Position numbers and translations under genes: made by a program. A DNA stretch of 64,000 nt from a virus. Shown one piece after another: positions 17,560-28,882 of this stretch. How positions within the stretch are numbered: position 1 is the stretch's first letter; each line of letters opens with the position of its first letter. Below the pieces are notes generated by a model, which searched no databases, was not told the DNA's origin, and saw only the letters and a program-made list of their open reading frames with translations. The stretch covers positions 11,269 through 75,268 of the IMG/VR virus record IMGVR_UViG_3300046171_000227; one strand, written 5' to 3'.

Positions 17560-18695
17560 TAGATATCTACTTTAAATACTTCTTCGTTAGGTTCTCCAAA
17601 CTTTACTCTATCATAATATTGATCATATAGAGTATCTTTTACACGATTCAGAATAGTTTCGTTATCATTGATGTAAACAGTATATCCTTGATTAAGTAAT
17701 TCCTTACAAAGTTTAAACTGCTGACTCTCCGTTAGAATATCTGTTCCTTTCTTATATGAAACGTAGTCAAAGTAGAAAGGAAGACTCTTATGATTCTTAC
17801 AAATCATGTAATCAAGAAGAAACTTATTATGTACTTCATTGAAGTTATCAGTCGTAGCACCTAGGTTATATTCAACCCCAAGACTCTTGGCATAGGCAGC
17901 AAAAGCACGATTGTCTCTAGGAAGACAAGGGCCACCAAAACCATAACCAAACTTCAGATACTTCTTACCGACTCGACTGTCAGCACCAATAGCATCGAGT
18001 ACGGTATCAATCTCGTCCTCCATGCCGTCTAGAGTGAGAACCTGTCCCATCATGTTGGCATAACTGATCTTTGTCGTAAGAAAGCAGTTAGTGGCGATTT
18101 TAACAACCTCTGAGGCAGTTCTAGACATCAGACTAATCTGAGGTTTCGTAACTTGAATCTTATGATAAAGTTCAGATAACTTATCAAATGTTTTACCCCA
18201 CTTACCACCAATCAGAACCATATCAGCGTTCTGAAGATCTTTAACAATAGATCCTTGTGCGATAAATTCTGGATTATAGAAAGTTTCCCAACCAACTTCA
18301 TCTAGTCTATCTTGGAACATCTCACAATCACCAGGATTAGTAGTGCATCCAACGATAAAAGATTTATCTTTTACACCAGACTCGATGATATCATCAACAA
18401 CTCTCCACACAGCACTGACATCATAGTCACCACTGGGAAGAGAAGGAGTTGCAACAAGTGTGTAAATGATATCACACTCTTCAATTACTTTTTGATTGCT
18501 AGTTGTGGCTGAGAAATTATTAGATTGACTAAGCAAGTCTTGAACATCAGGTTCATTAGTCTTGATCTTCTTTTCCATAAGATCAGCGACGTAATCTTCG
18601 CGAATATCAGAGACTAATACATCATACCCTGCCTGTTCACAAAGAAGTGCGAAGCAAATACCAAGTCGCCCCGCACCAATTACACCAATTTTCAT
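17559..18695 (-). CDS. ugd: UDP-glucose/GDP-mannose 6-dehydrogenase family
   Basis: GVIGAGRLG, YNPEFIAQG, GFGGPCLPRD. Confidence 0.9.
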   Translation of the reverse strand: MKIGVIGAGRLGICFALLCEQAGYDVLVSDIREDYVADLMEKKIKTNEPDVQDLLSQSNNFSATTSNQKVIEECDIIYTLVATPSLPSGDYDVSAVWRVVDDIIESGVKDKSFIVGCTTNPGDCEMFQDRLDEVGWETFYNPEFIAQGSIVKDLQNADMVLIGGKWGKTFDKLSELYHKIQVTKPQISLMSRTASEVVKIATNCFLTTKISYANMMGQVLTLDGMEDEIDTVLDAIGADSRVGKKYLKFGYGFGGPCLPRDNRAFAAYAKSLGVEYNLGATTDNFNEVHNKFLLDYMICKNHKSLPFYFDYVSYKKGTDILTESQQFKLCKELLNQGYTVYINDNETILNRVKDTLYDQYYDRVKFGEPNEEVFKVDI

Positions 18696-19543
18696 AGTTT
18701 GAATGTTGGAATAGAGATCATTTTATGCTTGTTCTGGCGGTGAAACTTACCATACTGTTTGATTGCAGACTTTTGATTTTCGGTTAGTTCTTTACCCATC
18801 CACATGGTAGCAGACTCTGGATGTTTTTCATGAATGAAAATTCCAGATTCCATAACCCATTCTAGATCTTCATAGGAAGCACCAACCTGTGCTTCATCAG
18901 TCCTGCTATCTTCCCACAGTCCATCTGTAGGAGCAGCAGCGATAATACGCGGATCGACACCAAGGTGTCTACCAAGTTCCCATACTTCTGTTTTGTACAA
19001 GTCCGCGATAGGTGCGATATCAACACCGCCATCACCATATTTAGTGTAGAATCCGATACCGTAATCTTCAACTTTATTACCAGTACCGACAACCATACCA
19101 CCAACTGTTCCTGCAATCTGATACAGAGTCACCATACGAAGACGTGACTTTGTATTTGCATTTGCAAGTTGATTGGATGTGTATGTTCCTTTCTCTCCGC
19201 CATGCGCATCAGTCCACCAGTCAATAGAACTGAGTAATTTTTCATATGTAGAAGAAAGATCTACATTTTGCATCATGACATTTTCATACTGCTCTCTCAG
19301 TTCAGTCGCATGTGCGACAGATAGAATAGTATTATCCATCTTTGAATTGAGAGACATCGTCAGGACATAAGTAGGCAGTCCTGTACGAGCACAAAGAGTT
19401 GACACAACAGCAGAGTCAATGCCACCAGACACACCACAAACAAGTGCTCTGATGTTATTGTTATCAGCGTATTCTCTAAGCCAGAGAACGATTCTTTCTT
19501 CTAATTCAGCGTAGTCTTTAATTCTGTTCATAGGATAATCCAA
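18692..19543 (-). CDS. nadE: NH3-dependent NAD+ synthetase
   Basis: GVSGGIDSAV, NTKSRLRM, GTGNKVE, FYTKYGDG, PTDGLW..RTDE. Confidence 0.92.
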   Translation of the reverse strand: MDYPMNRIKDYAELEERIVLWLREYADNNNIRALVCGVSGGIDSAVVSTLCARTGLPTYVLTMSLNSKMDNTILSVAHATELREQYENVMMQNVDLSSTYEKLLSSIDWWTDAHGGEKGTYTSNQLANANTKSRLRMVTLYQIAGTVGGMVVGTGNKVEDYGIGFYTKYGDGGVDIAPIADLYKTEVWELGRHLGVDPRIIAAAPTDGLWEDSRTDEAQVGASYEDLEWVMESGIFIHEKHPESATMWMGKELTENQKSAIKQYGKFHRQNKHKMISIPTFKL

Positions 19544-20382
19544 TCAGGGCAATAGAGATCTGTAGTGTCTTTATCTGCATAAGCAGGCCCGAACCAGTTC
19601 TTCGGAGCAATAACTTTTTTGTTGGAGTTTGCTTGTAACCAGGCTCCCCACCAACTCATACTACTGTTAGCAATAATAGCATGAGAGCATAGAGACATCA
19701 AGCACAAGTCAGCATATGGAGTAAAAGATCCGTCTGCATATTTATCAACTGGTTCAGAAATTAAGAATCTATCTCCGGAGAAGAACTCCTGTTCCTTCAC
19801 CCAATCAACAGAATCAGAGAATACAAAGACGGGTTGATTGTCATTAAATTCTGCAAGAGCACTTTCATAATATTCAATAGTTTGAGGTGGATGTTGTGAT
19901 GAACACTGAGTATATGCCCACTTAAATCCCCGAGGATCTGTTAGGTTGGGATCACCTCGTCGAACATGAAGCATGATAGGTTCTTGATCCTTAAACTCAT
20001 CCATGATTTGTTTGCAAGGTTCGAGATGCTCATCATGAAATGTATACTCCCTCCTAATGATATCTTCTACGTTCTTGAAGTATCTTTCAGACTGAAAGAA
20101 TCCATGAAGACTGACATTATCAGGACAACTCTCTACAAGAGATTCATCATAATTGAAGAATCTTTCTTGTACATATCCACCATTTCTTTGTTGGAGATTT
20201 TCTTCTTTTACATCCTCCATCTTGAAACAATAGTGCAAACTATAGTTTTCAATACTTTGTGCATTATATGGAGGAATACACCAGTCATATCCATGCTTAG
20301 CAGCAATACCACGAAGTGCAGCATACTCAAACATTTGATTACCTAGTCTTCCTAGATTGCCGAGTTGATTAAATGCTAGCAT
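19528..20382 (-). CDS. Glycosyltransferase family 11 (alpha-1,2-fucosyltransferase-like)
   Basis: GRLGNQMF, GFFQSE, HVRRGD, ANSSMSWW. Confidence 0.9.
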   Translation of the reverse strand: MLAFNQLGNLGRLGNQMFEYAALRGIAAKHGYDWCIPPYNAQSIENYSLHYCFKMEDVKEENLQQRNGGYVQERFFNYDESLVESCPDNVSLHGFFQSERYFKNVEDIIRREYTFHDEHLEPCKQIMDEFKDQEPIMLHVRRGDPNLTDPRGFKWAYTQCSSQHPPQTIEYYESALAEFNDNQPVFVFSDSVDWVKEQEFFSGDRFLISEPVDKYADGSFTPYADLCLMSLCSHAIIANSSMSWWGAWLQANSNKKVIAPKNWFGPAYADKDTTDLYCPDWIIL

Positions 20383-21181
20383 ATTTCTCCAGATATTCTT
20401 GGTTAGAATAATAATCCATTAATTGTTTTTTGTCCATTCCACTTATCATTTCCCATTCTTGCAGGTTAGATTCCATATGTGGGTTAGAGAACCATGAATT
20501 TTCTCCTCTGGCATGTTCTAAGTGATAAACTACATTATTAATTCTACCAACTTTATATCCTAATGTAGTAAATCTGAAATACCTTTCTTTATCTTCAGGA
20601 GCATATGCTCGGAAGTTTTCATTCTCCATGCCACCTTCAATATAAACACTGCGTCTGAAGAACTGAGCCCATCCAAAATCAGATGTATGCTCATTAGAAA
20701 CAGCATCTAAGACTGAATAGTCATTACCATCAAGGAAAGCAGATACAATTTTATCTTCTGCATTTACTTGTCGTTGATACATCCCATCACCGTATGGGTA
20801 TACAACATCAAAAACTTTTTCTTTAATCCCCATGTATGCAGTCACATATGATTCAAGGGGGAGAATCACATCACAATCATAATTAACTACTATTTCTGTG
20901 TCTGCCTCTACAATCATTTCATTAAGAACTCTCTGACGATGAAACAGAGGTTGATCACTCTCTTCAAAAATGTGCTTTACCTTGACATCTCCAAAAAAAC
21001 TTTCTAGTTGTGGAAGTGCTCTTTCATTGAATACAGAGGTTTTATCAACTTCTTTAACAATAATGTTTGTATTAAAGTTGTTTAAAAGAAATGCTACTGA
21101 AGTAATAACATTTCTAAGTCTATCTTCCGATTCGATACGAATAGGGATGATAAAGGTTGCGTCGGTTAAATCAATTCTCAT
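20369..21181 (-). CDS. Glycosyltransferase (GT2/GT7-C type)
   Basis: DCD motif; GGMENENFRAYAPEDKE; HLEH. Confidence 0.8.
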   Translation of the reverse strand: MRIDLTDATFIIPIRIESEDRLRNVITSVAFLLNNFNTNIIVKEVDKTSVFNERALPQLESFFGDVKVKHIFEESDQPLFHRQRVLNEMIVEADTEIVVNYDCDVILPLESYVTAYMGIKEKVFDVVYPYGDGMYQRQVNAEDKIVSAFLDGNDYSVLDAVSNEHTSDFGWAQFFRRSVYIEGGMENENFRAYAPEDKERYFRFTTLGYKVGRINNVVYHLEHARGENSWFSNPHMESNLQEWEMISGMDKKQLMDYYSNQEYLEKYASI

Positions 21182-21930
21182 CAGGATACTTTCTCGTCAC
21201 AAAAAATTCTGAATGCTTTTGATAGATATGATCTATTTCTTCTTTATTTACCAACCAAGTTCTAGATGAGTCAGAAATAGTAGCGTTATAATCAATCCCA
21301 CCGGAACTCGTTCTATTATCATGCTCACGGTTTGCTGTTAATACCTCGTCAATTATTGCTGGCATACCATGCTTGACTCTCATTCGATGATACAATTCAG
21401 TATCAATTAAGAGATTAAGTTTTTCATCCATACCATCATAAGTGCCATTAAGAAATGCAGTACCTGATGGATTACCTAATAAGTTGTCACCTTCAAGCAT
21501 TCTTGCAGTCCATTTTGGAAAACAATCTCTATGAGTTTCCTACACCATCTGTAGTGTGAGTAAACCCATGAATTAACCATTTAGCACCATTTTGAAATAC
21601 TTCATATATTTTTTGAAGGGCATCATTACTAATAAAAATATCATCCTGATAAATTAATTTTAATATTTTACCCTCAGCATTTTCAATAGCACAATTAGTA
21701 TTTGCTGCTAAACTCCCTCGCCCATTTGGATTTTTAATATATGTAATATCAAAATCATAGTCACAATTACGACACCATTCCTGAATCACATCATCCTTAC
21801 TATGATCAGAAATAACAATATCAAAGTCTTTGAAAGATTGATTTGCAATTGTATCAAATAACTTTTCAAGATAAAAAACTCCATCACCTCGATATTCGTA
21901 GGTGGGAATGCATACACTAATTTCTGACAT
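21171..21930 (-). CDS. Glycosyltransferase family 2 (frameshift ~21540)
   Basis: ISVCIPTY, SDHS, QDD, GNPS. Confidence 0.85.
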
Positions 21931-22723
21931 CAAGATACTCCCATCGATCGATGTAAATGTCTGTAGGATCTTCTCCATCAGGGCCAAACCACAGTCTGGG
22001 TGCAATCACATTTGTATGTCCTGAGAGCCATGCTCCCCACCAGGAGAAGGTAGAGTTTGCGATGATGTTGTATTGTGACATTGACATGAGGCACATATCG
22101 TGAATGTTGTCACTCTCAGAGATAAAGAAACGATCTGATTCAAAGAATTCGTGTCCGAACGCCCACGATGGATCATCCGTGAGTACAACCACAGGGATAT
22201 CCTTAGGCAGTCTTCCAAGTGCTTCTTCATAATAACTGATAGGCAAGACTGGGTGGAATGTTGGTTTGATTAGATGATCTGTGCGACGAACATGAAGGGT
22301 GATGAAATCATTATCACCTACTGCTTGATCCAGAAAATTATGACAATTCTCCTCTACTTCATCTCTAAAAGTAAAGTCTTCGCGAATTTCGTCTTCAATA
22401 TGCTTGAAGTATTTTTCTGATTGAAAGTACCCATACAGATTTACATCATCAGGACACTCATCAACAATATTTTGATCATACCGAAAAGATGCCTCTTTGC
22501 GATATCCCGCTTCTAGTAAACCAATATTCTTAGCACCTGCCATATCAAATGCCATGAAGAGTTTATGTTGTTCCTCTTCATCATGAAACTCTTCATCTGT
22601 TTTAGGCCCATCGGGGATGATGAATTCATATCCCCTCGCTGCTGCAATACCTCTAGTAGCAGCATATTGGAACATTTGATTACCAAATCTTCCATTCCTA
22701 CCAATGTGGTTATGTCCAATCAT
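21917..22723 (-). CDS. Glycosyltransferase family 11
   Basis: GRFGNQMFQYA, GYFQSE, HVRRTD, ANSTFSWW. Confidence 0.9.
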   Translation of the reverse strand: MIGHNHIGRNGRFGNQMFQYAATRGIAAARGYEFIIPDGPKTDEEFHDEEEQHKLFMAFDMAGAKNIGLLEAGYRKEASFRYDQNIVDECPDDVNLYGYFQSEKYFKHIEDEIREDFTFRDEVEENCHNFLDQAVGDNDFITLHVRRTDHLIKPTFHPVLPISYYEEALGRLPKDIPVVVLTDDPSWAFGHEFFESDRFFISESDNIHDMCLMSMSQYNIIANSTFSWWGAWLSGHTNVIAPRLWFGPDGEDPTDIYIDRWEYLDVRN

Positions 22724-23421
22724 GAAAGTTCAACTCCTGGGGGCAATCTATAATGGAAACCAAAAGGTGTTACACCTTCCGCTTCAGGTACTCTGGTTTC
22801 CTGTGAGAACCTTACTGCAACGTCAACGGGGGCATATTTCATGCCCTCTTTCTGAAAGATATGTCTGTTGTGGACACAGACATTTCCATCTTCGTGATAG
22901 TTTACCACACCCTCAGGCATCCAGTAAAAGTCACTATTGTTTGTTTCCCAAGGGACTTCTACTTTCGTCGGAACTTCAAGAAACCTTTTACTACGCATGG
23001 AGAATCCACCATTACCAACACGCCAGTGTCTACCAAAAGGATCAATGTAAGCGTCCTTTACAATCGCCCAGGGTGCTCCAATATAATCATATTCAAGCCA
23101 TGTATCATCCCACTTATCAGGAAACAATACGAACCCATCAGGTTGAACAAGAAGGCAATGTGATGTGTCTACATGTTCATGAAGATGATACACCACATAG
23201 TAATTGTAATCATCGTAGTTTTTGATATCACGTACAGGAGTCTGCATCGTGATACCATCTTCTACAAGTTTAGGATTGTTGTCAATCTGCTCCTGTGTCG
23301 TGATAAGTTTGACATCACCGAAATTGATGCCAGACATACTAGTATAAACACCATTAAGTGTCCCTGATAAATCATCAGTGGTATCAACAGATATCAATGT
23401 GACATCTGGCAAATTAATCAT
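22720..23421 (-). CDS. DUF5672-like putative glycosyltransferase
   Basis: QPDG, YDYIGAPW, VGNGGFSMRS, FGFH. Confidence 0.8.
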   Translation of the reverse strand: MINLPDVTLISVDTTDDLSGTLNGVYTSMSGINFGDVKLITTQEQIDNNPKLVEDGITMQTPVRDIKNYDDYNYYVVYHLHEHVDTSHCLLVQPDGFVLFPDKWDDTWLEYDYIGAPWAIVKDAYIDPFGRHWRVGNGGFSMRSKRFLEVPTKVEVPWETNNSDFYWMPEGVVNYHEDGNVCVHNRHIFQKEGMKYAPVDVAVRFSQETRVPEAEGVTPFGFHYRLPPGVELS

Positions 23422-24307
23422 AAGTCTCCATCGTAAATGTTTGAAGTCTTTTTATACTCTTCCCATTCTACTCTACATTCGTCTGGTGTAAAGAGTTTAC
23501 CATCTCTATCCATATAATATGTTGGATAACTATAGATACTGCAACCAAGACTCCACCAACCCTGAGAAAGGTTATGGTGAAACCAATACTTAGGTGCAAT
23601 ACACATCTCTAGATTTTTTGATGTCCAGAGAGGAAGCAGGAGAAAGTAGAGGTGGTACAGATAACGTTCCTTGCATTCTTGACAGCGACATAATCCCATG
23701 CAACGTCAACATGGTATGCAGGAATATCAGGAAGCATCCTGTTAGCAGATTTAACATCATCGGTTACAATGCAATACTCCATTTTTGGATTATACTGAGA
23801 CATATGCTCCATTGCGTTTTCCCAATATGTTCTGGGGACAAATGCACCAGCATTGCCCACCATATCTCCACCACGAAAGTTAAGAACACAGATGTTCTTT
23901 CCGTTTGTGTCATCATGTTCGTACATTATACGAACTTTTAACCACTCTTTTACAAGATTGATTTCATTATAAAAATAATCTTCAGATTGAAATATACCAT
24001 GAAGAAGATGATTATCCGGTATAGAAAGTAGATTTCTATCAGTCAACCGAATATCAGTACGTAAATATTCATCAGTGTGAAAGGCATGTCGATATTCAAA
24101 ATATGTTTCAAGATCATCAGGAACTTTTTTCCCATAATCAAGGTTCATAAAATAAAAACCTTTCTTATTAACTCTGGAATCTCCAGCGTTTTGAAGTCCT
24201 TTAATACCAAAGTCGTAACCCAATCTACGGGCTAAGACTCTAGTTGTTACATATGCGAATAATTGATTTCCAAGTCCTTGTCCATGCAAAAATTCAGTCG
24301 CTAACAT
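23418..24307 (-). CDS. GT11-like glycosyltransferase (frameshift ~23630)
   Basis: GQGLGNQLF, GIFQSE, NFRGGD, STFS, IAPKYW. Confidence 0.8.
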
Positions 24308-25590
24308 ATTCAGATGATACCTTACTAATATAATCAATCATCTCATCGGTGATTGTAGGCGAACACCCAAGGAAAAATACAAGATCTAACACTTGGTTCG
24401 CGTTTGGATATTTATTCGCGTCATCAAGGTGTGAGTATCCAGGGTGAAGAAGAATATTTCCAGCAAAGTAATTTCTAGTTTGAATCTTATTCTTCTCAAA
24501 GTGACGAACTAGAGAGTGCTTCAGTTTTTTATTTTCACATAAAATGGGAACACCAAACCAACTTGTTTCGGCGTTAGGCATCTCATTCATTACACGAATA
24601 CCAGGAATGCTTTCAACAATTTGTTGAATCTTCCACTTGTTACGACGACGTTTATCATGAATTTCTTCATACTTGAGTAGTTGAACAGAACCTACAGCAC
24701 CCTGCAAATCAAGAGGCTTAAGATTGTAACCCATATTAGAAAAGACATACTTATGATCAACAATGTCATCATACTTGTCTAACCACTTGTCGAAACGCTT
24801 TCCGCATACTCCATTAGGAAGAAGGTTTTGCTGTCCCACACAATAGCAACCTCGGCCCCACCATGCAAAACTACGTGCGAGATCCACAACACCTTTGAGG
24901 TTAGAAGGACACCATACCGCCCTCAATCGTACATAGATGATGTGCGGGATAGAATGAGCATGATGCTGCTACAGCACGATCGGTAAGATACTTGCCATCA
25001 TACTTACTACCAAGACTATCACAATTATCAGCGATCAGTTCAAGTTGATGTCTATCAAGAATATCATACAGACAATCCATATCATAAGGATTGCCAAGAA
25101 CTGGTGAAGAAAATACTGCTCTTGTCCTGTCCGTAATTTTAGATTCTACTTGTTCAAGATTCCAGTTAAGATCATCCCAGACAATATCTACAAATACTGG
25201 TTTTAAACCTGCCTGAACAATAGGTGCTACTGTTGTGGCAAAACCACAAGCACATACGATAATCTCATCACCATCTCGCCAATTGAAGTACTTCTTCAAT
25301 GCAGCAATCATAACAAGATTGGCAGAACTACCAGAGTTCACCATAACAGAGTGCTCAAATCCAAACTTACTTGAGAACTCACGCTCAAACTTATTAACTT
25401 TCTCACCAGAAGACAACCACTTACCTTTCATGATTGAATAAACAAGTTCCCTCGCTTCATGATCATCCCAATAAGGGCCTGAATAATACACAGGTTTACC
25501 CTCTTTCCAATCTTTATTTGCCATGAAAGGAAAGATGTCATCATCCATCTCCTTTGCATCATTAATAAAGTTTTCAATCAGTTGATACAT
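24294..25590 (-). CDS. NDP-4-keto-6-deoxyhexose 3-dehydratase (RfbH/DdhC E1 type, DegT family; frameshift ~24905)
   Basis: VNSGSSANL, DNCDSLGS, SFYPAHH (His in place of the Schiff-base Lys), WGRGCYC..CGKRF Fe-S motif, TRNYFAGN. Confidence 0.85.
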
Positions 25591-26372
25591 AATTCTCTGA
25601 TGATGTCTGTTTGCGATATTTGTGGTTTAAAACCAAGTGCTCTTAGTTTACAGGAGTCAAGATACATGTCTTGAGTATCTGCTTTCTTTGTCAGAATTTT
25701 TGAATCTGATTTTAAGAAGTGTTTCGCCGTCCTAATTATATCACCTAGAGTTGTCCGCTGTCCACTGCCAATATTGTATATGGTATCAAATTCTCCACGG
25801 TTAACAACTGTGTTAATTGCTCTGCATACATCATCTACATGCATTATATCTTTGATTATATCTCCATCATTATAGAGGGTAATATCATTACCCTTCTTAA
25901 GTTCACCAATTAGATAATGAATAGCGTTCTTCTTTGGGGAAGCTTTTGGATCATAACCACCTACAACATTAGGCATCCTCAATATTCTATACTTTACTTT
26001 ATAGGTTCTGCAGAAATCAATGAGTAGATCTTCTGCACACTTCTTTGTAATGGAATAGAAACCTCTTGGATTACATGGAGAATCTTCTTTAGCAGGAAGT
26101 TCACAATCTCCATAAACGAACCAAGAAGAAATAAAATTGAAAACGCGATCAGCACTCCTGCAATGATCCAACACTTCACAAAGAATACTGAGATTTGTCT
26201 TGACATCTAAAGTAATATCTGTATGAATATTGCTGTTATCAATCGTTGAAATGAAGTATAAAATTTCCTGTGTTTCAGGATTTCTCTGTTCTCTGGGAAT
26301 AATCAGTGTTTCATTGGTATACATTTCACAGTATCTACCACCAATATACCCAGCACCATATACACTCAGCAT
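25578..26372 (-). CDS. NAD-dependent epimerase/dehydratase/reductase
   Basis: YGAGYIG, SSWFVYG, YSITK. Confidence 0.85.
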   Translation of the reverse strand: MLSVYGAGYIGGRYCEMYTNETLIIPREQRNPETQEILYFISTIDNSNIHTDITLDVKTNLSILCEVLDHCRSADRVFNFISSWFVYGDCELPAKEDSPCNPRGFYSITKKCAEDLLIDFCRTYKVKYRILRMPNVVGGYDPKASPKKNAIHYLIGELKKGNDITLYNDGDIIKDIMHVDDVCRAINTVVNRGEFDTIYNIGSGQRTTLGDIIRTAKHFLKSDSKILTKKADTQDMYLDSCKLRALGFKPQISQTDIIRELCIN

Positions 26373-26989
26373 TCTGAAGTTCTCAAAATAAAAAATCCAT
26401 TTCCATGTGGATGCGGGTTAATCCACTTTTCTTTAATTGATCCTAGTGAATATGAAAATTTCACAAGTTCCATACCCTGCGATTCAAACATCTTGATCCA
26501 CCACTCCTCATCTTTCTTAGTGACGTGAGTAACATCTACTTCATACTCTCTGATTCTAAATCTATCATTATCTCCAAGAGGAATTACAAAGAAAAACTGA
26601 TTTGATTTCTTCTTGAAATTTTTGAGAACAGAAGGAATATCCTCAACCTCAACATGCTCAAGAACATCTTTACAAATAAGTAAATCGTAAAATTTGTCAT
26701 TTGGTAAGGATACATAATCTCTTACATTAAGATGACAATTCTGAACAGCATACTCACTTATATCTTCTCCCCAAGCGTCACATCCAATAATACGAAGAGC
26801 ATTTACAAGAAACCCCTTCGCACATCCATAATCAACACAAGTCTTAAATTCAAAATTGTTTTGAATATCAAGTGCTTCAGGAATTGAACGAGTGGGCATC
26901 CACTTATAGTCTTCATACCCAGAAATATGTTTTCTTACACCATCCTCATAATAGTCTTTGGTGAATTGATGCATATCATGCGAAATCAT
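26366..26989 (-). CDS. Class I SAM-dependent methyltransferase
   Basis: VDYGCAKG, DISEYA, DVLEH. Confidence 0.85.
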   Translation of the reverse strand: MISHDMHQFTKDYYEDGVRKHISGYEDYKWMPTRSIPEALDIQNNFEFKTCVDYGCAKGFLVNALRIIGCDAWGEDISEYAVQNCHLNVRDYVSLPNDKFYDLLICKDVLEHVEVEDIPSVLKNFKKKSNQFFFVIPLGDNDRFRIREYEVDVTHVTKKDEEWWIKMFESQGMELVKFSYSLGSIKEKWINPHPHGNGFFILRTSEC

Positions 26990-28109
26990 TGTGAATAGTA
27001 TCAGTAAGAATATCGTCAACTAGTTCATTTTGCATAGCATACTTGCAATAATGGCAAGCATGATGTCTCAAAGTTGGCCCTTGATTGTAAAAATCTTCGA
27101 TACCATCAATGTCACATACAGCAAATTGAGATTCGGGAACATAGTTGTAGTTGTTCTCAATAGACAACTCTGCAGACGGACAAGCGTAGATATATCCGTC
27201 AGTGAACAAGAAAGGTTTCACCATATGCATATAGCAATGATCATTTCTACGTTCACCTTGGAAGTTAAAGTCAGACAAAAATGCAGACTTTAGTTTTCTG
27301 CCACGATCTTCTTCATATGCCTCGATGATACCACGGATAGTTTCAATATCCTTCTCGGTTTCTTTAACGTCTTTGATGGCATTGAATGCGATGCGGCAAG
27401 GAATTTTATTTTCCTCAACCCAATCTAACATACGAATGAAGTTTTCGGTAGTCTGAAATTTCTTGGAGAGAACACGCTTATTCTTTACATCGCTCCATTC
27501 ACCAGTAATGTTTGGGTTCTTAGAAGTCTCAAGGTTTTCATCCCAAACATATGCAGCGGAGGGTTTACAGTTAGTTCCTTCAAAGACACTTAAGTCATAA
27601 TCATAACCCTCATAGAAACCATACATTCCCAGGCGAACCCAGTCAAACAGTTCTACAATGTCCTTTTTAATAGGACGATCTGCACCAAAACGGGCTCCAT
27701 TAGTACAGATACCAAGACTAAATCCTAAGTCTTTGGCATACTGAACAATCTCTTTAAAATGTGGGTGAATACTTGGTTCACCGCCACCAGTGAATTCTAC
27801 TCCAGTTACTCCAATCGCTTTAAAACTTTCAAGTGCCTGGAATACCTTTTCGGTAGGCATCTTTTCTGAAATATCTCTATTCGCGAAACAGCAGAAAGAA
27901 CAAGTCAGGTTACAAGCATTTGTAAGAGAAATGTGTGCCATTACAGGAGATGCTTTTTTGCCTTCCTGAAGGTTCTGCAATTTTGGTAATTGCTTAAGAA
28001 GTTTAGTTAAATTACTACTATAACTTCTACCCTGAACTTTATCATCTTCTTTTCTGAATGTCCCGTCTTCATTAAAGATTGGAGTTCCCTTATAAGGTAC
28101 TGTAGTCAT
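26976..28109 (-). CDS. Radical SAM protein with SPASM/twitch domain
   Basis: CNLTCSFC, TGGGEP, C..DGYIYACP..CHYC. Confidence 0.9.
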   Translation of the reverse strand: MTTVPYKGTPIFNEDGTFRKEDDKVQGRSYSSNLTKLLKQLPKLQNLQEGKKASPVMAHISLTNACNLTCSFCCFANRDISEKMPTEKVFQALESFKAIGVTGVEFTGGGEPSIHPHFKEIVQYAKDLGFSLGICTNGARFGADRPIKKDIVELFDWVRLGMYGFYEGYDYDLSVFEGTNCKPSAAYVWDENLETSKNPNITGEWSDVKNKRVLSKKFQTTENFIRMLDWVEENKIPCRIAFNAIKDVKETEKDIETIRGIIEAYEEDRGRKLKSAFLSDFNFQGERRNDHCYMHMVKPFLFTDGYIYACPSAELSIENNYNYVPESQFAVCDIDGIEDFYNQGPTLRHHACHYCKYAMQNELVDDILTDTIHNDFA

Positions 28110-28155
28110 TTTAAAATGCTCATGATGATTTTTTGCCTGTGTTATTTATTATACC

Positions 28156-28882
28156 CTAGTCATCTCTTTCTACTAAATCTTCATTCCAAATCAAATAAAA
28201 CATCCTTTCAATAACATGAGCCTCTGCACAAGTTGGATCATACCCAGACTCTGGTTCATAGTATAGAGCACTTACCATTTTTTCGTATACATCTTTAGAA
28301 TACTTTAAGATTACTTCTTTAGGTACTGCAAAATTAGAAGCAGGTATAAATTCAATAGTGTTAGTTTTTGGTGGATCAACAAAACACCAGTCAAGTAATT
28401 CATGATGATTAGAAAAAGTGTCTATCTTCTAAGTCATTATTACGAGAATAATCACACCATACAACTGGTTGAATTAATCTACCATCGTTAAGTGTCTCAA
28501 GAGGAGTATAGTCAGTATGTCTCAAGTCTCCAACTAATACATTTTTATCAACCCAGATACTAAAAAATTCTGTAGCGTTTAAAGACTGCAGAAATCTTTC
28601 TTCTGTTGTGTAATAGTTTTCTCCCCTAGAAAAAAGATTTCCCTTGATAAAGACACTCATGTCTGGGAGATCTTCATAGTTTTCAATGATGAATCTAAGT
28701 ATGTCAAATTGATTAGCTCCGACATTGGGAGATTTTATCACCTCACCAAGATGAGATAAGTCTTTACTAACATCACTTTTATCGTAAATGACTGTATTAT
28801 CTGGAGAGAATCCATGATCATACGTCATCTTCAACCATTCAAGATCCCAATTATAATTTGATACTACTAGAGTTTTTTCCAT
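28156..28882 (-). CDS. DUF3431-like glycan-related protein (frameshift ~28410)
   Basis: VVSNYNWDLEW, PNVG, YEDLPD; second frame FAVPK..EAHVIER. Confidence 0.7.
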
